This document shows positions 47,531-61,087 of a DNA stretch of 64,000 bases, in pieces. Position 1 is the first letter of the stretch. Every line of letters begins with the position of its first letter. A program made the translations under genes and the position numbers. A model generated the notes under the pieces. That model did not search any database. It saw only the letters and a program-made list of their open reading frames with translations, and was not told where the DNA came from. The stretch is from the human T2T-CHM13v2.0 reference genome, Homo sapiens. The DNA is taken from NCBI RefSeq assembly GCF_009914755.1, contig NC_060944.1, one strand, 5' to 3'.

Positions 47531-50500
47531 TAATAAATAAACAACCTTAATAAAGCTGTTAGACACATAAATGAATAAGGCACGAGTTCCGGTTCCACCC
47601 AGCACAGAAGGGCCAGACTCTGAGATTCCGCGGTGCGTGGGGAAGGCCATTTGTAAACACTCTCTGGCCCAAATGCAGCAAGGCTCCCAGGGCAAATGGG
47701 GTTTCCATGTTCCGGTGCTTGGGAAAGACTAACACGTATTCGCGTCCGTCCGCGACTGCCTGTCTAAGCGAGATGAGCCACCAGAAATGTCTCAGGCGCC
47801 ATCCTCCCCATCCAGCTCCTGGTACCTGCTGGAAAAGCCTGGGGCAGCCCTGCACTGGCGCACCTTCTTCTCACCCGGCCCATGCCCTGCCCCTTCCGCC
47901 GCACACACCCCCGCGCAGCCAGTTATGGGCTTCACTGCCAGGGTCGACCTCGGTGGGCCCGTGTGGCTGCCTGCCGGCTTCTGATGCACATCATTTCTTG
48001 CCACACAGAGCCTCAATCTAGCCTGTGCTCTCAGGGTGGTGAAGGCAGCGACATAAGGAAAGGATTACGGTGTTAACAAGTCGGAACTGAACACGAATAA
48101 AAATAACCACGTGCCCTGGCAGAATGCTTTCCATCTGACGACGGGGATGTCTTGGTGCATGGACGAGGGTCCACGGGTGCGCTGCCTGGTGAGGACAGGC
48201 TTTGGGAAGCCTGGCACACCTCTCCCGACATCTGCACCGCTCCTTTATCTACATGACCTCATTCCTGGGCCGTGACCCTGCCCAGCAGGCGCTCGTGCCG
48301 CATCAGGCAGGCGTAAAGATAAGTGCCCAGCCTGGCTGGGATGAGCCCGTAGGCCTCTTCAGTAACCATGGCAACGCTCTAGGACGCACCCGGCATCCTT
48401 TGCATGGAGTCAAGAGAGGATACAATGTAATAGGAGAGACCCTTGAAGAAGAAGCTGCTTCCTTCCCTCATGCCCAGTGCCAACCTCAGGTCAGTCTCCA
48501 TCTGGACATCTGCAGAGCATGAGCTCCAAGTGCAGAAATCGTGTCTGGGCTTTGTCCCTTCCCGCCGTTCACTATCCCCTCCCCCTGCCCCAACCTGAAG
48601 GCTGAGCACAGAGGACCACCAGGGAGGAGGCCCGGACGTTGAGCACCCAGGGTTAGCAGCTGGCAGACTGACACAGGAATCCCAGCCCTGTCATGTGCTG
48701 GCCGTGTGACGCTGGCTGTCACCTAGCCCAGGCTGAGAGCCTGGTTTCCTCCTCTCACAAGGTGCAGCACCACATCCGGAGGGCTGCGGAGGGGTTCGGG
48801 GAGGAAATGCGTGGCCGGCTTGGGCACCAGGTCTGGCACTGAGTGGTGGGACTGGGCTGGTGACACTCAGTAAGACAGTGGTGGATTGACTTAGAAGGGG
48901 CCTTTCATCGTTTACTTTCTATCCAAGTAGAACACAGGGCTGGGGAATGCTGCCCCCACCCCAGCCATTCCTGAGCCCCTAAAGCCCAGGAGCCCCTCAC
49001 AGCCACCGGGAGAGAAAAGCTGCCAGCCTCCCGCTGACAGCCCGTCTTCTGTTCCACCAGGATCTCTCAGCATTTGATCCTGCATTCTGAGGTGGCAGCA
49101 CCAGGGCTGGCCCTATCAGAATCTGACATTTCGAAAGCTGGTGTCTGGGTCTGCCCAGGTTCTCATCAGCTCCAGCCAGCTGTCCCTCCAGCTGCACCTG
49201 GAAGCGGGGCCGAGGCTGCCCGCTAGGTGCTGGAGTTTAACACACTCCTCTTTTATTTTCCAAGGAACTTCCCATCACACAGGGCTCCTCACGCCAGGAA
49301 ACTCGGCTGTTGGGGTGGGAAGGGGAGAAAGGGAGGTGGAAGGGGGACAGGAGGCAGGAGGGGGAGATGGATGGGAAGAGGGAAGAGGGTCTGAGGATGC
49401 CTGAACTTCAACCCACTGGTGCTCATCCAGCCTCCCGGGAAAACAGCCCTGCAGAGCCCCATGCAGGAGGAAATGGATTTTAACTGGATTCACAGAGAGC
49501 AGGTCAGACCTCCATGAGAATTCCTGATGGTACAGGATCAACTCAGCCCTCCCTCCTCACCTTACTGTCCAGCCACCTGTGGGTCCCTGTGCCCCGAACA
49601 CCCTCCCTGGGCCTCACTGTCCCATTCCCTGCCCGGAAGTCCTCCTAGCAAAGCTGGCCCTGAGCCTCCCCACACGGCACACCTGTGCCCTCCTCAGCTC
49701 CCTTCAGGCTGGTGCTGTTGCACCTGTGCGGTTGGAGGGTCTTCCTCGGGGGAGGGGGCCTGAGGCCTGCAGGGCCTCCCCAATCCCCTCTCCTGCGCCA
49801 GATCCTGAATGAGGGGACGGGGTCGGTTGAGTCCTGTCTCACCAGCACGTGGCCACACTTCAGACCACTGACTTATCTGTGGACCACCCATCGTTAACAC
49901 CCTCTGAATTAACTCAGCTGTTTTGTGTGGCGCCTACTGAGCAATGACACCTGTGAGATCAATGGCTGTGCCAGTCATTCTTGCTCAGGGGAACATTAGA
50001 GTCACAGGATGGTTTTCTGTGGTGGGGCACCCTTACCTGCTGCAGGATGCTGGCCTGTGCCACCCCAGCTAGACTGGTGATGCAACGTGGAGCAGGGTCC
50101 TTACTCCATGTCTCCCCACCTGTCACTGGGGACCACGGCATGCTCCTACATACACAGAGCAAGCACGTAATGAGTGGCTTGTGGCTGCAGCAGAAACCTC
50201 TCCAGCTGTCCCTATGGCCCTCCCAGTGCCCTCAGCACACCCAGTTCCTACACGTTCCTCCAGAATAGCCCCTGGTTACTCTCAAAGCCCTTCACAGGCA
50301 TGATCTTCCGGGGTCCTCAAGCACACCAGTGAGATGGACAGGCAAATGAAGAAACTGAGGCAGGCAGTCCAAGTGGCCCAGGGTTTCCCAGAAGCCCCAG
50401 CTCATTCCTCCAAATCCTTGGGCTCGCTGGTCTAAAGCCTGGTGATTACCAGGCAGGTGGGCTGTTCAGACCTGTGCACAGTAAAGAGCTGCTTATAGTG

Positions 50501-51975
50501 GAGGTGCTGGATACATGTGCCCCAGCCTGGAAAACAAGCCATGCCAGTGAACGTCCAGGTCGACTTAGGCCTGGCACAACTGTCGCCTTCTCAGACCTCA
50601 CCCAAGTGCCCTCCACTTTGGGCAGGATACCAAGGAATGAATGGCAGGGCCTGCATTCCTGGACCTGGGCACTACGTATATTTTTAGCCTCTGCCTTCCT
50701 GGGCATTTGCAGGGTGGCTAATGTTCTCAGGGAGCCACCAGCTGCACACCCACGGGCTGGGCAGGCACTCGGAGGTCTCTGGGAACTGCACCCTCCCTGC
50801 CTTCAGTCCGGGGGCTCAGAGGCCAGCTCCTTTTCAAGGCAGAATCAGCTCCTGCTAGTGAAGCATGCACCCCACCCCCAACACAGCCAGAAGCCTGTGG
50901 CTCAGAAACTAGGAGGCATGAAGTACAGGATTTGTGACCTTGGATTTCCTTACTTGGAAAATGGGGTGGGGTGGGGGGACAGAAGGACTTTGACTCCACA
51001 TGGGATCACCAGGCCAGCTCACTCAGGAGACCTGGTTGGCACCTCCTCCTGACAGGTGCACCCTGTATATCCAAGTGGGGAAGGATGTGCTGTGTTGAGA
51101 AGCTGAGAGTCTGGGTCGCGCTTCCCAGGGCCAGATGCCCCAGTCGCTGGAGACCTCTCCTCCCTGAGCTGGGCTGACTCCATGGCTTTGCTGTCTCTGT
51201 TCTCTTCCTGCATATGATGTTCCAGGAGCCAAGAAGCAATTCTAGAATGTACAGGTCAATCTTGGCAGATGAAACTGAATTTTCCCTCTTCTCTTCTGCT
51301 TCCTGTGTCCCCTTCCTTAAACTCATCACTGTTCTCTTACTGGCCATTGCCGGGCTCTGGTGGGAGCAGGTTGGCTTCACCTTTGTGAAGAGACAAGAGA
51401 CAGTGTGATGCGGCCCCAAGCCTGTGGAGGATGCCACCAGGCCAGACTGCAACTTCTCTGCGTGACTCCCCCGTGCTGGGCCTCTGTTTCCCCTTCTGTC
51501 AAATGGGGAGTCACAGCGTCTACCCTGCAGGGCAGGTAAGATCTTCTTATTATAGTCAGAAGCACATTCTAGGTCCTTACCAAGTCCACACTTACACAAA
51601 CAGGTGAATTAAATATTTCACAAAATAATACTTACTTTCACCATGCGAGATACTATTATTTTCTTTTTTTCCTTTAGAAATAGGGTCTTGCTGCCACCCC
51701 TGCGTGCAGTAGTCCAATCACAGCTCATTGCAGCCTCCAACTCCTGGGCTCAAGTGATCCTCCCGCCTCTGCCTCCACCTCCCCAGGAGCTGGAACTACA
51801 AGTATGTGCCCCCACACTCGCCCAATTTTTTTTAAAGTTTTTTTTTTTTTTGTAGAGATGGGGTCTCCATATGTCGCCCAGGCTGATCTCAAACTCCTGG
51901 CCTCCAGTGATCTTCCCGCTTCGGCCTCCCAGAGTGCTGAGATTACAGGCATGAGCCACCCACCACGCCATCTGA

Positions 51976-52319
<344 letters not shown>

Positions 52320-52399
52320 TAGTCACCACCCACTACTTTTTTTTTCCAGGACCCAATATTGGTCCGTGATCTGATGATGTTCACGGTCAAGACGGAAGC

Positions 52400-54400
52400 A
52401 AAAAAAGCACACACCGCGCGCCCTCGGTCACTAATCACGCGGAGTATACGCGAGGAGGGCCCGCAGCTAAGCGACGGCGGGCGGCCGAGCTTCCTCCACG
52501 GCCGGGGAGGTGGGCAAGGCCTCCGGGCCGCAGCCCCGGGTACGAGCGGAGGCTCCGAGGCCCCCGGTAGCCAGTCAGAATTTATTTTAAGGGAAATGGA
52601 AAGCTGCGGCAGGCTTTGGGAGGAGGGGCAGGATTAAAAGAGAAAGTGTGCTCAGCATGTTATATTTAGAGGCTGCCACGCCGGAAGCGCCGCCTTCCCG
52701 GGAGCTGCCGCCGCGCCCGCCCCCCGCCGGCACCTGGGCACTGGGGCGGGAGTCCCGGGGCTGCCCGGGAACACCCGGCGCCCAGGGCCTCCGCCACTCC
52801 CCGGTCCCCCATGAGGGTGAGGGCTATAGGCGCATCTGGCCCAAGATAGGGGAGTCGTCCGGACCCCACTTCTGTAGGAGGGGAAACTGAGGCCAAGGGG
52901 GCAAAGCCCCCGTGTTCGCGGCGCCCAGGGTCCGGGGCGGCGCCGGCACGCGCGCGGGCGGGGCCTGGCGCTCCTCCCCGGTCCCGCCCACTGAGCGTGC
53001 AAACCGCAGCCGCCCGCCCACGCGCACGCGCGCTCCTCCCGGGCCGCTTCCCACCCCTCCCCCCGCCCGCTCAGTCTCGTGCTCCCAGCTCCGCGAGGGG
53101 CCCGCCGGGAGCCGGCCGAGGGTGGGGCGGATCGCCGGGGAGACCCGCCCCCGGCCAGCGGCGCCTTGCTGCGCAGGAACGACGCGAGGGCCCGCCCCCC
53201 AGCTGGCGGCCCGGCCATATTTAAAGGACGGCGGGCGCGGCGAGCCAATGGGCGGCGAGCGTGAAGGGGCGGTGCGTGGCGGCGCGAGGCCCCGGATGTG
53301 GCTGCGGCGGCCCCTCCTCCCCCGCGCTCCTCTCAGAGCCCCAGTCGCGCGCCCCTTCTTGGTTCGCTCGGTGCCCGCGCAGGCCCCTCGGGCGGTGGCG
53401 AGGAGGCGCCCAGGCGGAGGCGGCGGCGGGCGGAGGAGCGCAGGAGCGGGCGGCCAGGCCACCGCGCGGCGGCGGAGCGGGCCGCGGCCCGGCGCTCCTT
53501 CCCCACCGCGGCCCGACGCACCCCGGCCGCCGCCATGAGCGGCTCCTCAGGCACCCCGTATCTGGGCAGCAAGATCAGCCTCATCTCCAAGGCGCAGATC
53601 CGCTACGAGGGCATTCTCTACACCATCGACACCGACAACTCCACCGTGGCGCTCGCCAAAGGTAGCGGCCGCCGCCCGCCCGAGCCCGCTGACCCCCGTC
53701 CGCCAACAGCCCCGGCCTGCGGTGCCCTCCCCGCCCCGGGGCGCCCCGGAGCCTGGCGCCCAGACCCCGCCCAGAACCCACCCAGGGCACACCCGGCCCG
53801 AGATCCCCTGCCCGCGCCTTCACCCCGGACGCCCCCGAGGCGCCCCCTTCCCGCGCGCCACCCTCCCCCAGCGTAGCCGGCCGCACAATGGTCTCCCTGG
53901 GCTCCCAGGGCGGCGGGATTGTGCGCGGGCGCCCGGCGGTGTTTGGTGAGGGGCGGGCCCGGCCCCCGCGGTGCCGCCCCCTCGGCCGCCCAGCCCACCT
54001 CTGCAGGTGCCAGCTCCGAGGAGCAGGGCGGCTCCCGTCAGCGGGCCTCCTCCCCGCCAGCCTGGGGGGATCCCTGCGGGGGAGCCTCGAGGTCGGGTGG
54101 CGGGGCCAGTGTCCCGGCGTCTCCCGAAGGCTGGGGGTGGGGTCACAACACGCGAATCCTGCAAGCCTTTCTGGAACTTATTAGACAGCTGGGGCCTTGA
54201 TCCTGAACAAATACCGCGTCCTAATGCGGCCTCCTGCCAAGGCAGAAGCATCCGTTGGCAGCCAGATGCCCCGGTTTAAACGGTTCTCCTGCTCTATCCT
54301 GACCTTCCCACTGTGGGGCTTACCTTTTGGTGACAGCCGCCTGTGGGTGCTCGTAACCGGCTGTGGCCGCTGGAGGACTTACAGGAGGGGGGCTCTTTAG
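52400..54400. promoter_or_regulatory. LSM14B: CpG island / LSM14B promoter and first exon
   Basis: Very high GC and CpG density, GC boxes, ETS-like ccggaag (52681), CCAAT at 53245-49, and Kozak gccgccATG at 53535. Confidence 0.93.
53535..53661 (+). CDS. LSM14B: LSM14B coding exon 1 (Lsm/Scd6-like domain N-half)
   Basis: [42 protein letters not shown]; 127 nt; donor AAAG|gtagcg. Confidence 0.97.
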
Positions 54401-55484
54401 AGTCAGAATCTCTGAGGTTGTTGAGGCAGCGGGTGGTCCAGAGTTTCTTTGTCTTCATCACCCAGAGAAGACGGGGAGTGCACTTCCCCTGCCTCTCAGA
54501 GAAAAGTGCCCGTGGAGCCACGTCTGCCTAAGCCCGTGTGTGTGCTGGATCTGGCGCTAGGCTCCCAGGGGTTCTTGAAGTGTCTAGACGCGTCTGAAAC
54601 GCTGCTTAGGTCACAGGGAACTTCATGTGTAGAAGAACGCACTCATTCCAAACAGGGAGTGTCTCCTTTTGAAGCCCGTCTCCTGCGTGGCTTCAGGAGC
54701 TTGTTGAGTATGCCAGGGCTATGCACTCACTTGCAGCCATGGAACCTCACTACACTTATTACAGGAGAACCCAGTTAGAGAAGCTGAGGCCCAGAGTAGG
54801 CCCAGGAGTTAGCAGGAGTTGTGTCTTACCAGTTAGAGGCTGCTGTCCCACCCACCTCTGCCCCTAGAGGCTTGCTAGAAAGAGACTTGGGCGCTCCTGG
54901 AAGCCTGCTGGTTAGGGGTTAGTAGACTCAATTCCTTATAGATGCGGAAGCCGGGGTCAGAGGTCCATAATCCTGGGACCCTGTCTCCCTTTGTTTTCTG
55001 TTACAGCTGTTCCAAGGTTTGTTATGGATAGAAGGGTAAGGGCAACACTCGTCTAGATTCCTTTGTGAGAAAACTGCCTCCTCAGGCGCAATGTGCGGTG
55101 AGGCTTTGGGCATAAAGCAGCCGGCTGGCTGTTGGATCTACAGAGTCAAATGTGAACAGGGAGGCCTTACGAAGCAAGCCTTGTTTTGCTGAGAGCTCTG
55201 TACGTTGGTGCCTTCGCACATCAGACTGTCAGTCTGTGAAATTGTTCCTTGTCATCTTTGTGATCTAGAGCTGTCTGTTGTCTGGAGCTTCACCAATTGG
55301 TGCATTATCAGCACTGTCCATTGAAAATCGGGGCATTAAGTAGTTGTTGAAATGTGGACCTGGGGTGCTGTGTTGTGGCTCTGAGCAAGTGTCGCCGTCT
55401 TTTGGAAGGCTTGGGAGCAGTGGTGTCAGGGTTGATTGAACTGGCTGAGGACAACAATAACGCTTCTCTTTCTCCACTCATAAG

Positions 55485-55648
55485 TGAGGTCCTTTGGCAC
55501 TGAAGACCGTCCCACAGATAGGCCTGCGCCCCCCAGAGAGGAGATTTATGAGTACATCATTTTCCGAGGAAGTGACATCAAGGATATCACTGTGTGTGAA
55601 CCTCCGAAAGCTCAGCACACACTCCCGCAGGATCCCGCCATTGTTCAG
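55485..55648 (+). CDS. LSM14B: LSM14B exon 2 (Lsm domain C-half)
   Basis: [55 protein letters not shown]; acceptor taag|, donor CAG|gtaagt; 164 nt, frame consistent. Confidence 0.97.
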
Positions 55649-55741
55649 GTAAGTGTGCCACTGTCCCTCTGTGCATGCTGTAGGAGATGCTGGTTTCCAT
55701 TTGGAGCTTGGTGGCATGTTTGGTCAGAACGCTCAATGTGA

Positions 55742-56028
<287 letters not shown>

Positions 56029-56814
56029 TGAGCCACCACACCCAGCCTGAGGAATAACCTTTTAATGAAAAGTGGCTTAACTTTTGTCCAGGCTGTTGCT
56101 GCTCTCACAGAAGGTGTTGATTCTTGTAGCACACACAGTAGGTGGTGTGTGCTGTGTCACGTGGCTCTTAAGGAAGGCGACCTGGGGAGTTGGGTGTGCA
56201 TGTGCGCGTGTGTAGTGTAGTGTGGTATGAGTGGATGCTCCTGGACCTGTGATGTTTCGGGCATAGCGTTTGCCCTTAGTTTCTGGTTGGAGAAGTCTGA
56301 GCCCTGAGCAGCTGCTGTGAGTGGCGTGACCTACCTGCAGGGACTGCAGGGCTTGCCCTCGGGTTATGCCCAGTCGTTACATGCTGCTGTTATACAACAC
56401 CAGATTTGCAAGTCTGATGCCATGTGCCTGCTTATTGGGTTATGGCTTATTTTGCCCATGCTCCCCCAGGGAGCCCAGATTAATATTTTCTTCACTTCTA
56501 AATTTAAATATTCACTAGCTCCTCTGGGGTTCAGACTGCATTAGGTTCTGTGCTGAGCACCCATCCTGGAAGGTGGGATCACACAGGGCCGGCTTTGGGA
56601 GCAGTGGGAAGCCATCCGATGGCTTTGAGTTAGGAGAAATTTGGGTTAGAATTACATGGACAAGACACCTGTAATCCCAGCACTTTGGGAGGCCGAGGTG
56701 GGCAGATCACCTGAGGTCAGGAGTTCAAGACCAGCTTGGCCAACATAGCAAAACCGCGTCTCTACCAAAAATACAAAAATTAGCTGGGTGTGGTGGTGGG
56801 CATCTGTAATCTCA

Positions 56815-56925
<111 letters not shown>

Positions 56926-57172
56926 TCAAAAAACAAAAAACAAAACAAAACAAAAAAAGGAATTACATGGACAGGTGAAACTGGAACTGAAATGCTGTGG
57001 AAAAGGCAGCTCTCACCATACTGGAAACTTGCACCCCAAGGGCTCCTCCAGCATCTCAAGGGTGCAGGCTGATGGGACGGTGCTTGTTTCCCAGCTGAAC
57101 AAGCGCCCTGATGAAGGCGTGCGGGGTGATGGGATGGCCTTCGCCGTTCTCACCCGATGTCTCGTTGTTCAG

Positions 57173-57308
57173 TCTTCCCTGGGTTCTGCCTCCGCCTCGC
57201 CCTTCCAGCCGCACGTGCCTTACAGCCCTTTCCGAGGGATGGCGCCCTACGGCCCGCTGGCGGCCAGCTCCCTGCTCAGCCAGCAGTATGCCGCCTCCCT
57301 GGGTCTAG
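57173..57308 (+). CDS. LSM14B: LSM14B exon 3
   Basis: [45 protein letters not shown]; cag| and G|gtgagt; 136 nt. Confidence 0.95.
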
Positions 57309-57648
57309 GTGAGTGACCTGTTTCTGTCTGGTAAACTACCCTTGCGTGTAACTGTCACTGAGTGGAGCGATGGAGCCTGAGGGTGGGGATATGCATTCCT
57401 GTCATGCTCAGCTTGTAGACTGTTTTGTTGCACACTTAGTAAATTACCCAGTGCAACTTCCGCTTGTGAGAGCATTTAGTAACTACTCAACTGAAAGTAA
57501 AAGAGGCAGCAGCCTGAGTGTTGGAACAGAAGAATCAAATCAAAATTCATTCGAAGAGTCAGGGCGGATCTAGGTGGAAGTCCTGGGCCAGGCATAGTGG
57601 CTCACTCCTGTAATCCCAGCACTTTAGGAGGCCAAGGCGGGTGGATCA

Positions 57649-57933
<285 letters not shown>

Positions 57934-58453
57934 TTACAGATGAAGTCTAGCTGTTTGCACATTTATAAGCCTGTAAATATAGACGTGAAATACAAACCCA
58001 CCCATCATGTCCCTTATTCTACTGTAAGTGCCTCGCTCAAAAATGGTTTCAACCAAGATTGAAAAACCCCAGAGTATGATTCTATTCTCCATATGTAGAG
58101 AAAGATCCTGCCTTGTCCTTAACCTGGACCTAGCTTTGCAGATGGGCTCAGAGTGTAGAATTGGCAGGTGATCCACGACCCTTGCTCAGAATCCAGCATG
58201 AAGTAGTGAGACAGGGAACCCTAAACGAGGTCTGTAGGCCACTTGCTGCTACAAATCATGCTTGCTTGGTTGCTATTCCTAGTGTGACAGGCGGCCTTCC
58301 CAGCCCAGCTCTCTGTGTTTCTAAAACGTGTTTGTATGACAGAATCCTACAAGAGGTTGCTTGGCTCTTTCCAAGCTTGCTAGACACAAGACAAGTGTAT
58401 CCTGACTTATTTGTGTGCTTTCTTTTTGCTCTTTCTCCTTTATCTTCCTTTAG

Positions 58454-58570
58454 AGAAGTTGGTAAGCCCTCCAGCCTCAGCCGCTGCTTCCAGCCCTAGC
58501 TCTTCTCCATCTCCACAGCCCGTTTCAGAGCTTGACTTGTCCTCAGAGCCACAGCAGCTCACTGCCAAGG
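58454..58570 (+). CDS. LSM14B: Probable LSM14B in-frame cassette exon (39 codons, Ser/Pro-rich)
   Basis: Long polypyrimidine tract + tag|, EKLVSPPASAAASSPSSSPSPQPVSELDLSSEPQQLTAK, donor AGG|gtaaca; 117 nt, phase 1-1. Confidence 0.75.
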
Positions 58571-59793
58571 GTAACAGCAGTTTGGGAGAACTGCATGCTG
58601 TCTTGCAAACCATTCTGAGAGCGAGGGGTAAAGCAGCAGACAGAATGACAGTAGCTGTAGCAGATCATTTGCCAAGCCCATGCAGCCGCTGAGCTGCTTG
58701 TTTTGCTTCAGCATGTAGTCCTGATTGATGAACTCTCAGTGTTAAAGAAGGGATTACGAAGAATCAGCGGAGTAGTTTGTTCTCTCTCCCTGGGTCCAGG
58801 TTCTCTGTTGACCTGTACCATGACTACCACATACGGGAAACTTCACTGTTCACAGAAAGTCATTTCCCTGGGGTTTTTGCTGGGTCCTAAATGTGTTCCA
58901 GAGTGCTGCAGGGGGGACTCCCCAAAGCACCTGACATGCCTGTTTTGCTCTTTGATCCGTGTGGTTCATAGATCACTCATTGAGGGGATTCAAAATTAGG
59001 GGCTTGGGTGACAGTCGCCAACTGTTTGGCCAGGTGGACAGTATCAGCCTGATGGCCAGCTGGCCAGTGTACACCACCTGTCTCTGTGCTGTGGTGGTGG
59101 CGGCACCTGTGGGGTTTCTAGATCTTTTCTCACGTTCTACTCATTTCCCCTGAAGTTCTAAAATTCATATTGACGATCTTGCTGTATGTTTGTGTTACAC
59201 ATAGCACCCTGACAAGCTGAACCATCGCCATTACCCGGCCCTGGTCCAGGTTGATGCCTGGGCTTTCCTTATGGCACACAGCTGCTGTCAGTCTGTCATT
59301 CTGCAGGTGCTGCTTTCCAAATCCTGCATGCACTCTGTGTATCTGAGTTACAGAGTAGTCTTTTTTTTTCCCCCACTTAAAAATGACACAGATACTTCTA
59401 TTGCTCTTAGGATCAGTTACCTAAACCTGCTCATAGGGCAAGACTTTGTTTGAACTAGTTGGTTGTGTAAAAAGCAGACAAGCCCCTTATCCATGCCCCT
59501 GCAGTCACAGTATGATCAGGAGGCAGGCAGTGCTGTGTTTGTCTCCCGGACATGCTGAGTGAGACAATCAGTGAGAAAGTGGCCCGGGTGCATTCCCGCC
59601 AGAGGACACTTTCCAGACCTCTATGCAGAGTCGTTCCAACCTGCCCTTTGAGAGCTTCTCTTGATCTGGTTACAAGGAATTTTTCTACAGTCAATTTTTT
59701 TTTTCATTTCTATTCCGTAAAAGCAGTAAGATGAGATGCCCAGTCTTCATGTGTATTGGGCTGTTCGTCTAATAATAATTACCCTGTGGTTAG

Positions 59794-59901
59794 GGTGCCT
59801 TTTCTGTTTCAGATCTCTGTTCACTTACACCCAGTCCCACATTGTCCTGTTTAGAGTCCCTACAGGTCCTGGAACCTTGGAAAGGGAGGAGATGGAGAGA
59901 G
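59794..59901 (+). CDS. LSM14B: Possible LSM14B alternative exon (108, 89 or 36 nt depending on acceptor)
   Basis: Donor GAG|gtgggt at 59901/2. Open frame GCLFCFRSLFTYTQSHIVLFRVPTGPGTLEREEMER is phase-compatible with the neighbouring exons. Confidence 0.4.
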
Positions 59902-60653
59902 GTGGGTGGTGCTTCCCATTTTCCTCCTGGTTCAGAGGGCCTGGTTTCTGAGGGTTCATCCCCTGTGCGTGGGCCTCGGACTGCAGTTTCATAGGCACAG
60001 CCCCTTGCCAAAGGCTACCTAGGAGCCCTTTGTGTCTTCATGATGAGCCTTTGCCCTTGAGAGAAGTGTAGGCTGCTACGTCTCGGAAGTCAGCTCCTGC
60101 TTCATCATTTTTAGTTTTATTGTGCCTTAAGTGGAAATGACAGTGTTGTAGAATTTAACTTCAGAATTTGTTCACTGCATTTTCTAGAAAATCCCAGGCT
60201 GGGCTGGTTCTTCTCCAGTGTGGACCAGAATGAAACAAATTCTCAGATCCTGAATTCATCAGGATCTTGGGGCTGCTGAGCTCCTTTGGGATTGGAGCTT
60301 GTGTGGTTTTAAGAAAGCTGTTTCCACACTTCTGGGGAGGTGCCTGTTTGTAGGCACGGTGTTTTTCCTGTCCTTGAGGTTCCCTAACTTGGGAAGCTCA
60401 GGGCTTTGGGAGTGGGGAGTCCAAAGATGAACTGGCCTTGGTGCTGCCCAGTGACTCTTGGCCTTCTTTTGCTGCCTGGGCTAGCCTCAGAGGGAATGGC
60501 CCAGTCTGGGGGTGCTTTGCCTGGATTTGATAGAACATCTAGGCAGTTGCCCTCCTTTCCTTCCTGACATGCCAGCAGAAGAGAAATGCCTGGAGATATA
60601 AGGCTTGCTTCTTTTCTCTCTGTTTTTAAACCCTCCTCCCCTCCTCAATTCAG

Positions 60654-60821
60654 GAGCTGGTTTTCCATCCATCCCAGTCGGCAAGAGCCCCATGGTGGAG
60701 CAGGCTGTGCAGACTGGTTCTGCTGACAACCTGAATGCTAAAAAGCTGTTACCTGGCAAGGGCACCACAGGGACGCAGCTCAACGGTCGTCAGGCCCAGC
60801 CGAGCAGCAAGACGGCCAGCG
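60654..60821 (+). CDS. LSM14B: LSM14B exon 4
   Basis: GAGFPSIPVGKSPMVEQAVQTGSADNLNAKKLLPGKGTTGTQLNGRQAQPSSKTAS; cag| and G|gtactt; 168 nt. Confidence 0.94.
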
Positions 60822-61087
60822 GTACTTGAACACATCATTTCCTGGAGTTTGCTTGATGTTCTAAAAGTGGCACACTACTTCCTGGGCTATTTTTTTTTTT
60901 TTAATTAAAAAAATACTACTCCCCCATCCTAAGCCCCATGTGCTTTTGCAGGGCAGGCCTGTGCAGCAGCCTCCTGCGGTGCCGCCCTGGCCGCGTGCCC
61001 CATGGTGGTGGGGCCTGCTTCCACAGCTGGGTTCTGGCTTCCGGCTGCTATAGGAGCTTTGCCTTACTCTTCCCTTTTGCGCCGTAG

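Noticed and set aside
52652-54279. Multiple 100-210 aa ORFs on both strands around exon 1
   Set aside because: Stop-codon depletion is expected in a CpG island. Only 53535-53661 matches a known protein.
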